Below, piece by piece: positions 12,524 to 26,152 of a stretch of DNA of 64,000 nt; position 1 is the stretch's first letter, and each line of letters opens with the position of its first letter. The stretch is taken from assembly GCA_951406725.2 (NCBI GenBank), contig OX597814.1:165478001-165542000 (forward strand), read 5' to 3'. The position numbers and the translations under genes are program-made. A model generated the notes under the pieces. The model saw nothing but the letters and a program-made list of their open reading frames with translations. It was not told the origin of the DNA and ran no database searches. Source of the DNA: Octopus vulgaris (lineage: Eukaryota).

Positions 12524-13842
12524 ATGTAAACCAATACTGGTGGTCAAGCAATGGTGAGGGACAAACAGATATATATAAACAAACATTGATATATTCATAT
12601 ATATGGCAGGCATCTTTTGGTTTCCATCTACCAAATCAACTCACAAGGCTTTGGTTAGCCCAGGGCTATTGTAGAAGACATTTGCGCAAGGTACCATACA
12701 GTGGGACTGAACCTGAGACAATGTGGCTGGGAAGCAAGCTTCTTACCACACAGCCATGCCATTTATGTTCATGCATGAACATGCCTTCTTATTAAACCAT
12801 ACACATAATTATTCACAAACGCACATACATCTTACTATTTTCATACATATTCTGTCCAAAGTTTTCCCTTTTCTAGATCTTTTCCCCATACTGAAGAATT
12901 GTTTTTCTGCTCTTTCAGATTTCTTCTTAAACCATGATCTAGATATTATCATTTCCCAAATGATAAATGAAACAGCTGGGTTTTGATGTTTGTTTATCCC
13001 CAGATCAGCCCTAACTGAGCACATCTATGGTTAAGCAGGTTTCTGTTGTTGTCTTCTCATTCCTCCCTACCCAGACATTATCTAGGACTAAGCGCTATCC
13101 AATGTGTTCTATCTATTTAAAAAAAAGTTGTAGGATGTGATTTGGCTATTTCTGATGAGTTAAACAACTACATAGAGGTTCTTCATTGACTTTTTGTAGT
13201 TGTAACTATCATCGCTTAGACTCAGATCACTTCTTCTATCCATGATAGGAGGAGGCATGGCTGTCTGGTTAAGAATTTTACTTCCCAACCATGGGTTTTG
13301 GGTTCAGTATAACACATTGGATGTCTCTTCTACAGCAGCCCTGGTCCAAACAAAGCCTAAAACTAAAAGAAGCTGATTGTATATATATATATGTGAAACT
13401 ATAATAGAAATCTCTTTTAGCATATATATATATATAGATACACTAAATGAGTGATATGTAATTTCTGACAAGCTTAGAATTGAATATCGAAGTAATGTAT
13501 CTTGATCAAGGAATGCTCAGTGACTGTTGACTCTTGTATAATTGGAACTTTTGTCCAAATGGTCAGTAGACTAGCACTCTAACCTCATAGCTAGTACTAC
13601 AAGTTCCAACATGAATCAGCTTCTTTGAGTTTATCTCTCTCTTCTAACTATACACCTAGGTAGGAAGTGTATTTATAACAATGAACTTCTGAGAAGTAGT
13701 GTTTATGCCTAAGTAAAATGAAATCTGGGCAAAAAAGTGGTCTGTAAATAAGGGTTGAGAAATATGTGTCTCAGAGAGGAATTAGATATGTTGTTTACAC
13801 ATTAAAAAGGGGCGATATGATGAGTTGGTATACAAACGTTAA

Positions 13843-14038
13843 CCCTTCTATTACCATATTTGTGTTGAATTACACTGCCTTATGTTTTAATTAATTTTGA
13901 AAATAATGAAAAAGTTTAACAAAATAACTTTGTCCTTATTAACATGAAATTTGGAAGGTTTTATTTCTCATCACTCTGAAACAAGAAATTTGCATCATAG
14001 AATGAAGGGCAGTCTCAGGTGGGCTGGTATCAAAAGAG
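13843..14038. mobile_element. TTAA-flanked MITE
   Basis: ttaa-CCCTT...AAGAG-ttaa termini with imperfect TIRs. Confidence 0.5.
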
Positions 14039-15559
14039 TTAAAGAATATGAGGAAAAATCAGTCGATGGGTTTAACTCTGGTTTTTGGAAATATGGGGGA
14101 AAGTAAACAGTAATGGTGCATCAAGAAGTAACGGAAAATCTCAGGCAAAAACCTAGTTCAAATACTTGCAATGGAGCAAACTCTGATAAAGACACCCATG
14201 GGCCAGGTGGTAGAGTTGCATATCGTTTAACGTCCGCTTTCCATGCTAGCATGGGTTGGAATGGAATGATGAATATGGAATGACTACTCAGAAAGAAAGA
14301 AAGAAAAAAAGGTTTGTAATAGAGACTGTTGTAACAATATGCAAATGTTAAAATTTGAAAAAAAAAAACACCCATTTCACCTAAGCACTCTCGAAAAAAA
14401 AAATATAACCAGTAAAAAAAAATTAGGAAACGGTATTTTCTCATTCAGTCTGCACATTTGCAAAATATCATAGACTGGCTTTATCTGTTTAATAACATGG
14501 TTCCCATCACATATTTACAGGCAGAATTAACAACAACAACAACAACAATAATAATAACCCAACCAAACCCACATAGGCAGCATGGAACTGGAGCAATCAT
14601 TTTGATTAATGGTTGTTAATTGGATGTAGTGGAATCAGATACTTCCTGTATGTAGTGACCTTTATATTCCAACACAATAAAAACACAATAAAGATTTCAG
14701 TATATTAAGGAAAATATTTCTGGTTATGTAATTTGAATTTATTTTAAAAAAGGAAAGAAAATTTTTTTTAAATATAACAAGAAGGAAAAAAGAATCTTTA
14801 ATTTACAAGTAAAAAAAATAGATGTGGCAGATGATCAAAATGTTCTCTTTTCTTTTTTCCATAAATGTATAGATGTATATATAATAGCTTTTTGGACATT
14901 TTGTTATTGGCTGGGTCAGGAGGAAAGGGGAGAAGTAAAGAAATGGTGTGAACATGTGTGTGTGTGTGAGAGAGAGAAAGAGAAATTGGATGAGCATGAA
15001 TAGTGAATAAGTGAGAGGGAGGAAAAGAAGTAGAAAATAAAAGTGAACAAGAGGGAGAAAGAGAGAGTAAAAATGAAATAGTAAATGAATATGAATACAG
15101 GCAAAAAGGTGAAAAATGTGGAGAGAGAGAGAGGGGGGAGACAGAGAGAAGGAGGGATAGAGAGAGTAAAAGAAATTATTGAAATAAAAAATAGAAAGTT
15201 TAGTGGTAATGTAAAAAACCAGAAAGGGTACTAAGCAGAATGTGAGAGGGGCGGGGTAAATATAAAGAATTTAAAAAAAAGGAAAGAGAGAGAATAAGAC
15301 AGTGAGTATGTGTTACAAAAAGACAATTTTGCTCTTAAAGATTTGTTCTATAAGATGTCTAATGACTGTCTTTCATATCTCGCTAGCTTCAGTGTCAGCA
15401 AATCGACTTATTTCCAGGTGCCTACTCTTCATGACACCAAAACACCACTGCAAACGGTTGGTTACTTGTCTGCTCCCATTCATTACGACACCAAAACACC
15501 ACTGCTGGCTGTCAGTTACTTGTTTCCTGCTTACACTCCAAGGCACCGGAACATCCCTG

Positions 15560-15733
15560 TCAGCTGCTGTTTATTTCCTCAATGATTGATTTCACTGGTT
15601 TTGATTTGCTGCCAACTTTACTATGTCGGATATTAGTTTCGTTCACTTCCCCATCGCATTGATCATCTTCACTGCCATCCACCTCATCAGAGTCACATGA
15701 CGATGAGCCTTCATACTCAAACATCCCTAAACT
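15560..15733 (-). CDS. NOPCHAP1: Terminal coding exon: SLGMFEYEGSSSCDSDEVDGSEDDQCDGEVNETNIRHSKVGSKSKPVKSIIEEINSS*
   Basis: Strong acceptor (T-tract + attgtag), phase 0 with the preceding exon. Acidic Ser/Asp tract, EVNETNI and a terminal IEEI motif resemble the C12orf45 C-terminus. TGA at 15560-15562. Confidence 0.82.
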   Translation of the reverse strand, partial: SLGMFEYEGSSSCDSDEVDGSEDDQCDGEVNETNIRHSKVGSKSKPVKSIIEEINSS

Positions 15734-15917
15734 CTACAATAAAAAAAAAAAGAAAAGAATAACGAGGATGTCATTGATGATATTAATGCTGATGATGGTG
15801 ATGACAATAATGTTGATGATGATGATGATGATGATGATGATTTCTTCTGACTTGACATAAAATGGCAAACAACTCTTTTGATACCTAAGACCACCCTTGG
15901 TTCCATGATACAAACTT

Positions 15918-16265
15918 CATCATCATCATCATCGTTTAACGTCCGCTTTCCATGCTAGCATGGGTTGGATGGTTCAACTGGCATCTGGGAAGCCAGAAGG
16001 CTGCACCAGGCCCAGTCTGATCTGGTAGTGTTTCTACAGCTGGATGTTCTTCCTAACGCCAACCACTCCATGAGTGTAGTGGGTGTTTTTTACGTGCCAC
16101 CTGCACAGGTGCCAGATGAGGCTGGCAAACAGCCACGATTGGGTGGTGCTTTTTACATGCCACCGGCACGGAGGCCAGTCGGGGCGGCACTGGCAACAGT
16201 CACGTTCAAATGGTTCTCTTACGTGCCACCGGCACTGGTATCACAGCTACAATTTCCATTGATGT
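15918..16265 (-). mobile_element. RTE-tail non-autonomous element (further copies ~18518-18751, 30334-30864, 31814-32143, 36996-37107, 41886-42150, 46625-46815 on minus)
   Basis: (cat)n-cgtttaacgtccgctttccatgctagcatggg... with repeated ggtgctttttacgtgccaccggcac modules. Confidence 0.85.
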
Positions 16266-18004
16266 TCTATCCAAATTTCATGCTGATGTTCAAAACACCG
16301 GCTTAAGTGTTTCAAATTTTTGTTGTCTCTTCCGCAAGACATCAGTTACAATTTAGCCTTTAAATCTCAGTCACTTTTAGTTCACTTCACATAAATTATC
16401 ATTATATACCCAACAGACCTTTATCACTTTGTGTATCTCCAGTCACTGTACATCTTTCACATTTACTGTTCATGTCTCACAACAGCTTCATAATAATCTA
16501 TTCTCATCCAATAAGAGGAACTGTTTATTGTCAATAGAGATAACAGCTTTACATCATACTAAATAAGCAGTTTACTATATTTAGTTTCATTATTCTTATG
16601 TCACCATCATTATTGTTTTAACATTCATGTTCCTATGCTTGTATGGATCGGATGAAATTTACTGAAGCAGATTTTCCTACAGCTAGATGCCTTCACCTGT
16701 TTCCAAGTAAGGTAATATTTCTCCATTATCAGACTTGTTTTCACAGAAGACTGGAAACAAAAGACACCACTTGCATGACAGTGACACTTGCTTACGACTA
16801 TCACATGATGTCAAGAGGAGACAGTAACACACACACACACACAGAAATATAATGTGTGTATGTATGTGTATATATAAATAGGCTTCTTTCAGTTCCCATC
16901 TACCAGACCACTCACAAGGCTTTGGTCAGCCCAGGGTTGTAAAAGAAGACACTTGTCCAAGGTGCTACACAGTGAGACTGAACCTGAAACCAATATGGTT
17001 GGGAAGCAAGCACTGTACCACATAGCCATGCCTGAGTTTAAAATTCTGCCAGATAAAACTTTGGGTCCCCATTTCTGCAGAACTAATGAAATAAGCAGCT
17101 GTAATATTCTAATTCTATGGTTGATTCACTCTACTACCCGTTCCCTCCAAAAATTGGTCTTTAAACCTTTATATAATTCTGTGAATTGTTTGAAGGAGGA
17201 ACTGTTCTATAAACTTACCGAACTCGTGATGAAAAGAAACAAGAGGAAGAAAAGGGTGATTAACACTTGAAAGTCAACCAATCATTCAAAAGCAAGCGTT
17301 TAAAAATTCTCCACCAACATATGTAAAAATGGGTGTATAAATAAAATAAAGGGAAAAAAACCACTTTAAACCTCAAAACGTTTAAAATTGAAGATAAAAG
17401 TAATTTGTAATAATAAGTGCAATTATAAGTTGTTATCGTCTGAGGTAAAATTTTCAAACAGGTTTTGGTAGTTCAAAGTAAAATTTACATCTCATTTTAG
17501 GTAGTTTAGTAGAGCTGTCATCAACCCATACACTGATTTTATTTAGGGTGGGAACCAGACAAAATGATACAGTTTAACATGTAACTGTACATGCTGATAA
17601 AATGCATATATGTAAGTAAGACACTACACCAGTCAAAATATGCTCACATGTACATCGAACAGAAGTAGTTATGCATAACTACACACACACACACTCCTAC
17701 AAGTGGTCGCTCAGGAAATGTTAGTCCGTTTAGATTGATCTCCCTTGCATTCTCTTCAGACTTTGCTAGCTTCCTGCTCTATGTAACAAATCATTTCTAT
17801 TCAGTTATATTCTTTTACATTCTGAGTTTAAATCCCACCAAGATCGACTTTACATTTTCTCCTACTAGTGTCAGTAAGTACCAACTAAGTGCTGGTGTTG
17901 TTTAATATTTAATACACAATATTCTCTACCCCAAGATGTGGGGCCTTGTACCTAACCATATTAGAAATACTATTATAAAATATTATCATCATTATCATAG
18001 TTAC

Positions 18005-18129
18005 CATTTCAATAACTTTATCATCATTTTCAGAAATATTTTCCATATTCAAGTTGGGAAGGTTCTCTTGGGACAATCTGGCATTAGCTTTTGCAATTTC
18101 AGGAATAAATTTCTGTACAGATTCTAAAA
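18005..18129 (-). CDS. NOPCHAP1: Internal exon (125 nt) carrying the DUF4598 core: VLESVQKFIPEIAKANARLSQENLPNLNMENISENDDKVIEM
   Basis: Acceptor ttctacttgcag, donor gtaact. The peptide matches the recalled family motif L..VQ.FLP.MA.AN..L....FNIENI......VI.M. Confidence 0.85.
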
Positions 18130-19127
18130 CTGCAAGTAGAAGAAAGAATACAAATAAGTACAAATATGAAGACATGCTAATTTATTTAATTAATAGTGGG
18201 GTGGTATATTATTATTATATTTTTTTTCTGTGCTGAAGTCAAGGTTTATTAATTATTTTTTTCCTTGAAAATTTTAAAAGAAGTTATATTGGATTAATAG
18301 TGTTATTAATACAATGTGAGGATAGGTGAAGTAGAGGTAGATACGTTATGATGCAATGAGCCATTATCCCAAACATGTATGTAGGCAATGTGCTTGAAGG
18401 TTGACAGTTGGACAACGAATGGCCAAGTAATGCAAGTAAAAGAAGTTCACAGTAGAGAAAGATAGAAATACTGAAAGCTGGTTTCAGGATGTTGGACCTC
18501 ATGAAGGAACTGATAAAATCATCATCATCGTTTTCCATGCTAGCATGGGTTGGACGGTTCGACCGGGGTCTGGGAAGCCAGGAGACTGCACCAGGCTCCA
18601 GTCTGATCTGGCAGTGTTTCTACAGCTGGATACCCTTCCTAATGCCACCCACTCTATGAGTGTAGTGGGTGCTTTTTATGTGCCAGGCAACGGCCACAAT
18701 CGGTTGATGCATTTTCCGTGCCACCGGCACGGAAGCCAGTCAAGGCGGTGCTACTGCAAAAATGGTAAGTTGCTGTACTGGGGAAGACTCATCATATCTG
18801 TGCTAACATTGAGAAATAGATGTGAAATAATCTTTTCTATGATAGGCTCAAAGCCTGAAATTTTGGGAAGGGGATGGGGCTAATCAATTATATTAGCCAC
18901 AGTACTTAATTGGTACTTATTTTATCAACTCTGAAAGGATGAAAGGCAAAGTTGACCCCAATGGAATTTGAACTTAGAATGTAAAGATGCTAAGTGTTTA
19001 ACTTGGTGTGCTAACGATTCTGTCAGCTTGCTGCCGTGTCTCAGTGTAGGACTTGAGGCTCAAGATATCATTCACAACTGTTCTATTGGGGGATGCACGC
19101 ATGCATGCATTCATTCATTCATTCATT

Positions 19128-19162
<35 letters not shown>

Positions 19163-19976
19163 ACATACAGTATGCAGTGGGACTGAACCTGGAACCATGT
19201 GGTTGGTAAGCAAGCTACTTACCACACGGCCATCTCCTTGATTATTGTCAATGAAAGTCGTTCATTTCTGATATCCTGTGAAAACATATGGCCATGGGGA
19301 AATGTTACTTTGCTTGGAAATAGGTATGGGTTGGCAACAGGCAGTATAGAAAATCTACCTTAATAGATACCATCTGACTCATGCAAGCATGAAAATGTGG
19401 ATGTTAAAATGATGATGATGATGATAAATATAATAGACACCAGAAAGACACAGTGACTGTGAAGTGAAGTGATGGATAATAAATCAAATGGTCATGAGTT
19501 CAATTTTTATTTCAGCCAGTGTTATGCTTTTGGGTGAGGTACATATTTCTCCTTGCCTCTGTGTGCTTACAGGGGCAAGGACATTTATTTATCTAATAAA
19601 AACAAATGTTTTAACAATATACATACATCAGAAATTTAAAACTCTCAACATTTATGACAGAAAGGGGATATGGTAAAACAGCGAAAAATAAATACTACAA
19701 TTATTCTTGTTGTTGTTCTTGTTAATACATATTGATAATCTTCTATCTGAGATACCAAAACCTGAAAACCACAATATCCAAAATTTGTTTTAGAGTAAGA
19801 GTCTCAAATGGAAAATTCCACAAACCATCTGATAGTCATTGCACAATATATAGCTGTTGAAAGCCATGCATTGGGTTGTCAACTGTTCGGAGTGATCTTA
19901 CTCACCTGGGTGTGTAGAAATTATTCAACTTTTATGTTGTAAGTGATGAATACAAGTTAAAAAAATTTTAGGAAAA

Positions 19977-20250
19977 CAGCCTCGCCTGGCCTCTGTGCCG
20001 GTGGCACGTAAAAATCACCATCCGATTGTGGCCGTTTGCCAGCCTCAGCTGGCACCTGTGCCGGTGGCACGTAAAAAGCACCCATTACACTCATGGAGTG
20101 GTTGGCATTAGGAAGGGCATCCAGCCATAGAAACACTGCCAGATCAGACTGGGCCTGGTGCAGCCTTCTGGCTTCCCAGACCCCAGTTACACCGTCCAAC
20201 CCATGCCAGCATGGAAAGCGGATGCTAAACGATGATGATGATGATGATGA
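19977..20250 (+). mobile_element. RTE-tail element (also + copies ~35680-36056, 43484-43669, 61430-61916)
   Basis: gtgccggtggcacgtaaaaa modules, ggaagggcatccagc and a (gat)n tail. Confidence 0.85.
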
Positions 20251-21912
20251 TTGCATAAAACAAAAAATGAGGAACTTAATCCTGTATTGATGGAATGGAT
20301 TTATTAATATATGCCACTTAATGAACCGATTATCATGAAACAAAAATCTATCACAACCAACTATCATGAAGGTGATTGTGAAAATTAACAAGTGTAGTAA
20401 CAAAAATTTAAGGAAATGCAAATATCTAAAGGATTGTAGTGAAAAAGCAATTGTGAGATTTGTGAATGAGTTTGCAAAAATCATTGTATAAAGCTGAAGA
20501 GTAACAGGAGTTTCAGATACCACAGAGAGATTATTTGTGCAGGGATGTGTTAATGCAGCAGGCACCTTTAAGTGCAAAGTTGCTGTGGTCAGCAAAAGCC
20601 TACATCATCACTGTTTTAAAAGTGTTAATATGTTATCAATACAATATTATACTAACAAAAATACATGCATCACAAAAGACATTATTTTCTGCTTGATTTA
20701 ACAAACACCTCATGCCCACAGCAGAGAATAAGGTGAGGATCCCAAGTACAATATTTCATTATTCCTAGAACATTATTCTGTCTCCTTCTTGTCAAGCATC
20801 TGGCAAAAATAATGTTTATGCACTGCACTTAATCACAAGGTGATGTCATTTATTAAAGCAATAAATAAAGCATCCTTAGATCACTGAAAACTAAATATAA
20901 AGACACTTTCTTGAACAGTATATTGGAGCAGTGAATAAAAGTGTGGATGTGATAGATATTCAAAAAGAGATTAATGAGAATGATGCTATATGTGCAATGG
21001 CAAATGCACGGGATTGAATAACTGAAGACACTCTTAAGCAAGTCTGATATACTCTCTAGTCTACCACTAACCACAGTGGCAATGTTAGATCTCCTTACTT
21101 CTGCAGAAAGTATACTGTCAGAATCCATCAAGAAGCAGAAGGAAGTGGATATTGAATAAGTTTTTAATATAAATAAAGATACTAAAGAGGTGAGCTGGCA
21201 GAATCATTACCATGCCAGACAAAATGTAAGCATTTCTTCCGAATTTATCTTCTAAGTTCAACTGCTCCCAGGGTCAACTTTGCCTTTCGTCCATTCAGGG
21301 TCAATAAAATAAGTAGCAGTTAAGAACTGGGCTTGATGTAATTGACTTAACTCACTCCACTTGAAATTGCTGGCCTTGTGCCAAAGTTTGAAACCAATAT
21401 TATTAATGAAACTATAGCAGCAAGCTGGTAGAATCATTAACATATCAGGCAAAATGCTTAGCAACATTCTTTTTGTTTTTATGTTCTGTGTTTGAATTCC
21501 GCAGATGTTGAAGTAATAGATTTACTCCCGCCCCAAAATTTGAAACCAATATTAAAAATGACACTCCACTTGCTCAAACTGTGTCCAATGATGAAAGAAT
21601 TTTGTAAGCAATAATCATCTTCATCAATGAAGATGACATGAAGAAAATAATGGAAAAGATGCTCGTTGATAACATGGTGAAAATGTATAATGAACTTATT
21701 GAAGTACTAGAGCAGCAAGAATTTGTTACAGAAAAAAAAACACAACAGTGAATAAAATAAAAGAGAAACTGCTATGAAAGAAATCTTTGTTAGAGAAGTA
21801 GATGTCACTTGAAGAATCACCATAAAAAGCCATCAAACACAAAGCTACCACATCCTCAGAGTATCTGTTTGCTCAACCACCTCTGATTTTCATTCTTTGT
21901 ACACAGAAAATA

Positions 21913-22413
21913 CCGTAAATCCTCGAGTATAGTCCGCCTTTGAGTATAATACACGGGATTTTTAGAGGGCTGTAACTCTGAAAAAAACCTAAACCTTGTG
22001 TATAATACACACCCCTTCTCTAACTTGAGTCAAGGAGGTCTATATAATGTCCTTGGTTTGTAAAACTGTATACGGTAACGTCCTTTATTATTATTGTATA
22101 TATAACATAATGCAAACGTGTAGCTTTTTTGTGCATTTTGTTAGCAGAAAATAAAGAAATAACAGTAATAACGTTGCTTACTGCATGTTATGGATGATTC
22201 TTTTATGACTTCATTGCTTTCTGGCTTAGCTTAGGGTATTTTCGTGCCTGACATCACAAAATGCATCTGAATAAACATAGCCAGACAGCAAATAGAGACT
22301 CGGACATTGCTTAGAAAATAATTTTCATTTTTAAATTCGTATATAGTACGCACATGGGATTTTGACCTTTAAATTTTGGGAAAAAAGTGTGGATTATACT
22401 TGAAGATTTACGG
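21913..22413. mobile_element. TA-flanked MITE (pogo/Tc1-mariner superfamily)
   Basis: TIRs CCGTAAATCCTCGAGTATAGTCC and GGATTATACTTGAAGATTTACGG, with TA on both sides. Confidence 0.8.
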
Positions 22414-22708
22414 TATTACTTTTACATGAAATCAGAATTCTAGCTGGACTTAAATGCAATCCACGTGTGTAACAAGACTACTTGAAGTGCAATCATTGCA
22501 CAACAAAAGAAAAAAGAACTTTTTACCAGTTTTCACTGCATTTTCATGTCATCAAGTTCCATACTTGTACATAACATAACCTGCCATTCAAAATACATCG
22601 TAGGAGACAAAAGGCTCATTGAGCTTTCCCACAATGATGCCATCCCCTCTGACTTAAGGTTACTATGCATGATTTGGCTGTAAAGTTTGGTGCTTCATTT
22701 ATCTTTAA

Positions 22709-23091
22709 CTAGCAGTATTGCCCGGCGTTGCTCGGGTTTGTTTTGATCCTTTAGAATTGGAATTTTTGAAAAGTAAAAATTTTGCTTTATGTAGCTTGTT
22801 ATTCTCTTAAAAGTGAACATTTTTCTGGCTGAAATACACTGAAAAATGGTGACACAGCAGTAAAAAAATAGGGATTTTCATAGAAAAAAAGCACCTTTTT
22901 GATGTAAATAATTTTTGGTGTTAACATGGTCTGATTTGAATTTTTTCTTCTACAGAAGGAAGAGAAATCCTTCTTCTATCATACTCTCAATTTTGGTCAA
23001 CTTGCGCTGCAGGGTCTCGGAGGAGATAATGTTAGTTGAAGACTACCAAACCTGCCATACACAGACAACTTCAGCTTTATATATATAAAGA
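22709..23091 (-). mobile_element. Non-autonomous Helitron-like element
   Basis: Minus strand starts TCTTTATATATATAAAG and ends with the hairpin CCCGAGCAACGCCGGG followed by CTAG|T. Confidence 0.7.
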
Positions 23092-24288
23092 TTTATAAGC
23101 AGTGATCATAATCTTTTTCTGGTACAGAGAGAGTAAGTACTATACAAAACGTTGCTTTTATGAAACCTGTATTTCAAATCTACACATAAATCTATGTGAA
23201 CCAAATAGACCAGCATCATTACCTGCAAAATGTCTATCTAATATCATTAGAAATTTTATAAAAAGTATATAAAACTACTTTCATGGTATATGGGCTTGAG
23301 TTCCGTCAACAAGCTGTCCTGTTTTAAATATGTAAATACAAAAAACCATTTCGAAATCTGCAAACATCTGAAATCCCGAACACCAGGTAGCAAGCATTTC
23401 GGATACAGGATTCTCATCCTATATCTATGTGATTACTTGTATGTAATTTTATGGCAGACTGGAAATGTAAGGGAGGTAAATCTAGTCACACTAATTTTTT
23501 TTTTTAATGGCTGATGAAAATGCAAGGGAAATAAATCTATCCAAATTTATTTTACAGTCCATTTCGAGCATATTTACCAAATTGTCCTGTAAATATGCTA
23601 GAAAGCTACCGGGTGTTCGGACTAAATTTCACGCTTTTTTTATGTCTTCCTCTTCAGGAACAGTTTGATGTATTCGTTAACAACGTTGGAAGGCATAAAG
23701 ATTAAAATTATAACCGAGAAATAGCTGACATGAAGGACTGGAAGTCATCTGAAAATTGGAAAAAGAGCTACCTGTATCATGATTATAATACCGGGTATCA
23801 AAATGCTGACATCATAACTTCTGCTCAATGCTCTGTGGACATTGTAAAGGCTGTAAGGTGTGATATGGACTGTTGCAACAGAGGCGACGAAGACGTGGCC
23901 AGCAGGAAGAGACACAACAGGAGTCGTGACTGTTTCCACATGCCACAATTTATCCAATAACTGCAGGACAATGTGATGGAAGATCCACGCAAGGAAATCC
24001 AGGCTTGGGGGGGAGGGAGAGAGAGAGAGAGAGAGAAAGATGGGTGTAGGAGTCGCCACCATGATGCTGGCCTTGGATGTGGACCTTTGCTACCACAGGT
24101 ACAAGAGGGCCATATGTGTGGCAGCAGGATTTCACATACCTCTGGTAAAGAACAGAAGTGGGTATCGGAGAATTTCTACTTCAACAGCCCTCATTTCTCG
24201 CCTCCTAATTTACCCGATTGTATCCAATGGATTACTGTGTAGGGGACAACTGTTGTGAAAGACACCAATCGTTCCACCTGCAACACCA

Positions 24289-24475
24289 GCCATTCAAGAA
24301 TTTGGACCTGGAGATCTCCATTTCCAGCGACTTCGAGGGCCACCTCCCAGTGGTGTCAGGCGTCAACAAAGAGCCCTCGATTACAAGATGACCAAAGTTT
24401 TTTTTTTCTAAGGTCTGGGGTCACCCGGCCCTAAGCCCTTACCCGTCTTATTGCTTAACAACAACAACAACAACA
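24289..24475 (+). mobile_element. Short (CAA)n-tailed Ingi/Vingi-like element inserted in the maT transposase
   Basis: 13-bp TSD acctgcaacacca at 24276-24288 and 24476-24488; (caa)n tail. Confidence 0.75.
24306..24380 (+). ncRNA. Candidate HDV-like ribozyme (L1Tc/Ingi Pr77 type)
   Basis: P1 CCTGG 24307-11/TCAGG 24356-60; P2 TCGAGGGC 24333-40/GCCCTCGA 24373-80; P3-L3 ACC-TCCCAGT-GGT; putative catalytic C24367. Confidence 0.5.
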
Positions 24476-25289
24476 ACCTGCAACACCAAGGCTGAGCTGG
24501 TGGCCAAAATCAGGGAGGTGTTTGAAGATCTTCCCAAGGACACAAAAAGGAATGCACGCACCAGGTTCCAGAGCTGTCTTGCTGCTGTGGTGGAAGCAGA
24601 GTAAGGCCACTTTGAGCAATCAGTTATTTTCTACCATAATTTGGTAGAAAATAACAGATGTAAATTACTTATATTTTTGGATAAGATATTGTTTTCTTTT
24701 CCGTCAAATTTATCCCAAACACCTTGCATAGTCATCACAGAAAGCTTTAATAAAAATACTACTGTCAGTGGAAGTTAAACGAAGCCTCGGGGTTGAATTG
24801 ATAAAGTTCTGTAAGAAGTGTAAGGCTCACAGATCCAGAGGCCAACCCTCAAGGAAAGGTACATGCGCCAACAGAAAAATTGATTATATGAAGCCCCCAG
24901 TGAGGAATGAACTCGTAACTGAAATACATACCTGTCAATTTTATTGTGCTTAGTTCATTGAACTTTTGGGCATTAAGTGCTTTGACTACAGAAATAATGC
25001 AGTTCCAGTAACATTGGGACTTCAGTACCTCTTGTATTTGTCCAGCTATTTTTGTTCAGTTTTCTTTTAACATTTTTTTTTACATTATCAAATGTAGGCA
25101 TACATATATAAATGTCTATGAAATATCAGTTACTACTCATTACGAAACGAAGAAAAAAAAAAATACAAGGGAGACAAATGTAGGCGGGTTCATTTTTTTT
25201 TTCCACATTTAAATGTAAATACAGGTTTGTATGAAAACTTTCCAGGCATGGAAACAAAACTCCCCAAAATTTTCAGCCTAAGGTGGTGA

Positions 25290-26151
25290 TGGATGTGTAA
25301 TGTCAGTGTTCATACTCGACAGAGTGTAAGTACCTTGAGAGAAAAGCTGGACCTAAGAAGCATCAGTTGTGGTGTGCAAGAGAGACGTTTGCACTGGTAT
25401 GGTCATGTGGCAAGAATGGATGAAGATAGTTGCGTGAAAAAGTGCCACACCTTAGCGGTTGAGGGAACCTGTGGAAGAGGCAGACCCAGGAAAAAACGGG
25501 ACGAGGTGGTGAAGCACGACCTTCGAACTTTAGGTCTCACTGAGGAAATGACTAGAGACCGAGACCTTTGGAAGTATGCTGTGTGTGAGAAGACCTGGCA
25601 GGACAAGTGAGACCATAACCCGCAGGCTCTACACGGGATGGAGCCAGCCCACTTATGCATACCTTTCCTTCTTGGGACACAAAACTCTACATGTGAAGAC
25701 CTGATGAGGCAAGTGAGAATCGAAATCGATCAACATCAATGGAAATTGAAGCTGTGATACCAGTGCCGGTGGCACGTAGGAGAACCATCCGAACATGGCC
25801 GTTGCTAGCGCTGTTCTGACTGGCCTTGTGCCGGTGGCACATAAAAAGCACCATCCCTCCGTGGCTGTTGCCAGCCTCGCCTGGCTCCCGTGCCGGTGGC
25901 ACGTAAAAAGCACCATCCGATCGTGGCCGTTTGCCAGACTCGTCTGGCACCTGTGCCAGTGGCACGTAAAAAGCATCCTATACACTCACGGAGTGGTTGG
26001 CGTTAGGAAGGGCATCCAGCCATAGAAACATTGCCAGATCAGACTGGGCCTGGTGCAGCCTTCTAGCTTCCCAGACCCCAGTTGAACCGTCCAATCCATG
26101 CTAGCATGGAAAGCGGACACTAAACGATGATGATGATGATGGTGATGATGA
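25290..26151 (+). mobile_element. 5'-truncated RTE copy (ORF C-terminus + 3' region)
   Basis: ORF 25293-25610 is nearly identical to the end of 7505-8182; (gat)n tail. Confidence 0.92.
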
Positions 26152-26152
26152 T

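Larger units (their letters stand above)
19750..23422 (+). mobile_element. Decayed pogo/Tigger (Jerky-like) transposon broken by nested insertions
   Basis: Relic peptides NEELNPVLMEW (CENP-B HTH, ~20268) and GCVNAAGTFKCKVAVVSKS...YYTNKN (DDE, ~20540-20660). Tigger-like 3' end aagcatttcggatacaggattctcatcctata at about 23390-23422. Confidence 0.65.
23609..24726 (+). mobile_element. Decayed Tc1/mariner-superfamily (maT/DD37D-like) transposon
   Basis: ~25-bp imperfect TIRs (ccgggtgttcggactaaatttcacg / cgtcaaatttatcccaaacaccttg) and a 5' TA. Relic peptides HTSGKEQKWVSENF..SPPNLPDC and CNTKAELVAKIREVF...VVEAE.GHFE. Confidence 0.75.

Noticed and set aside
13455-13500. CTGACAAG...GAAG hammerhead variant
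   Set aside because: No stem II and no GAAA.
15684-15692. CTGATGAG on the minus strand as a hammerhead core
   Set aside because: It lies in the coding exon (SDE) with no matching stems.
19957-20595. 212-aa minus ORF and the many MDGSTG.../MLFTCHRH... ORFs
   Set aside because: Chance or antisense frames through repeats.
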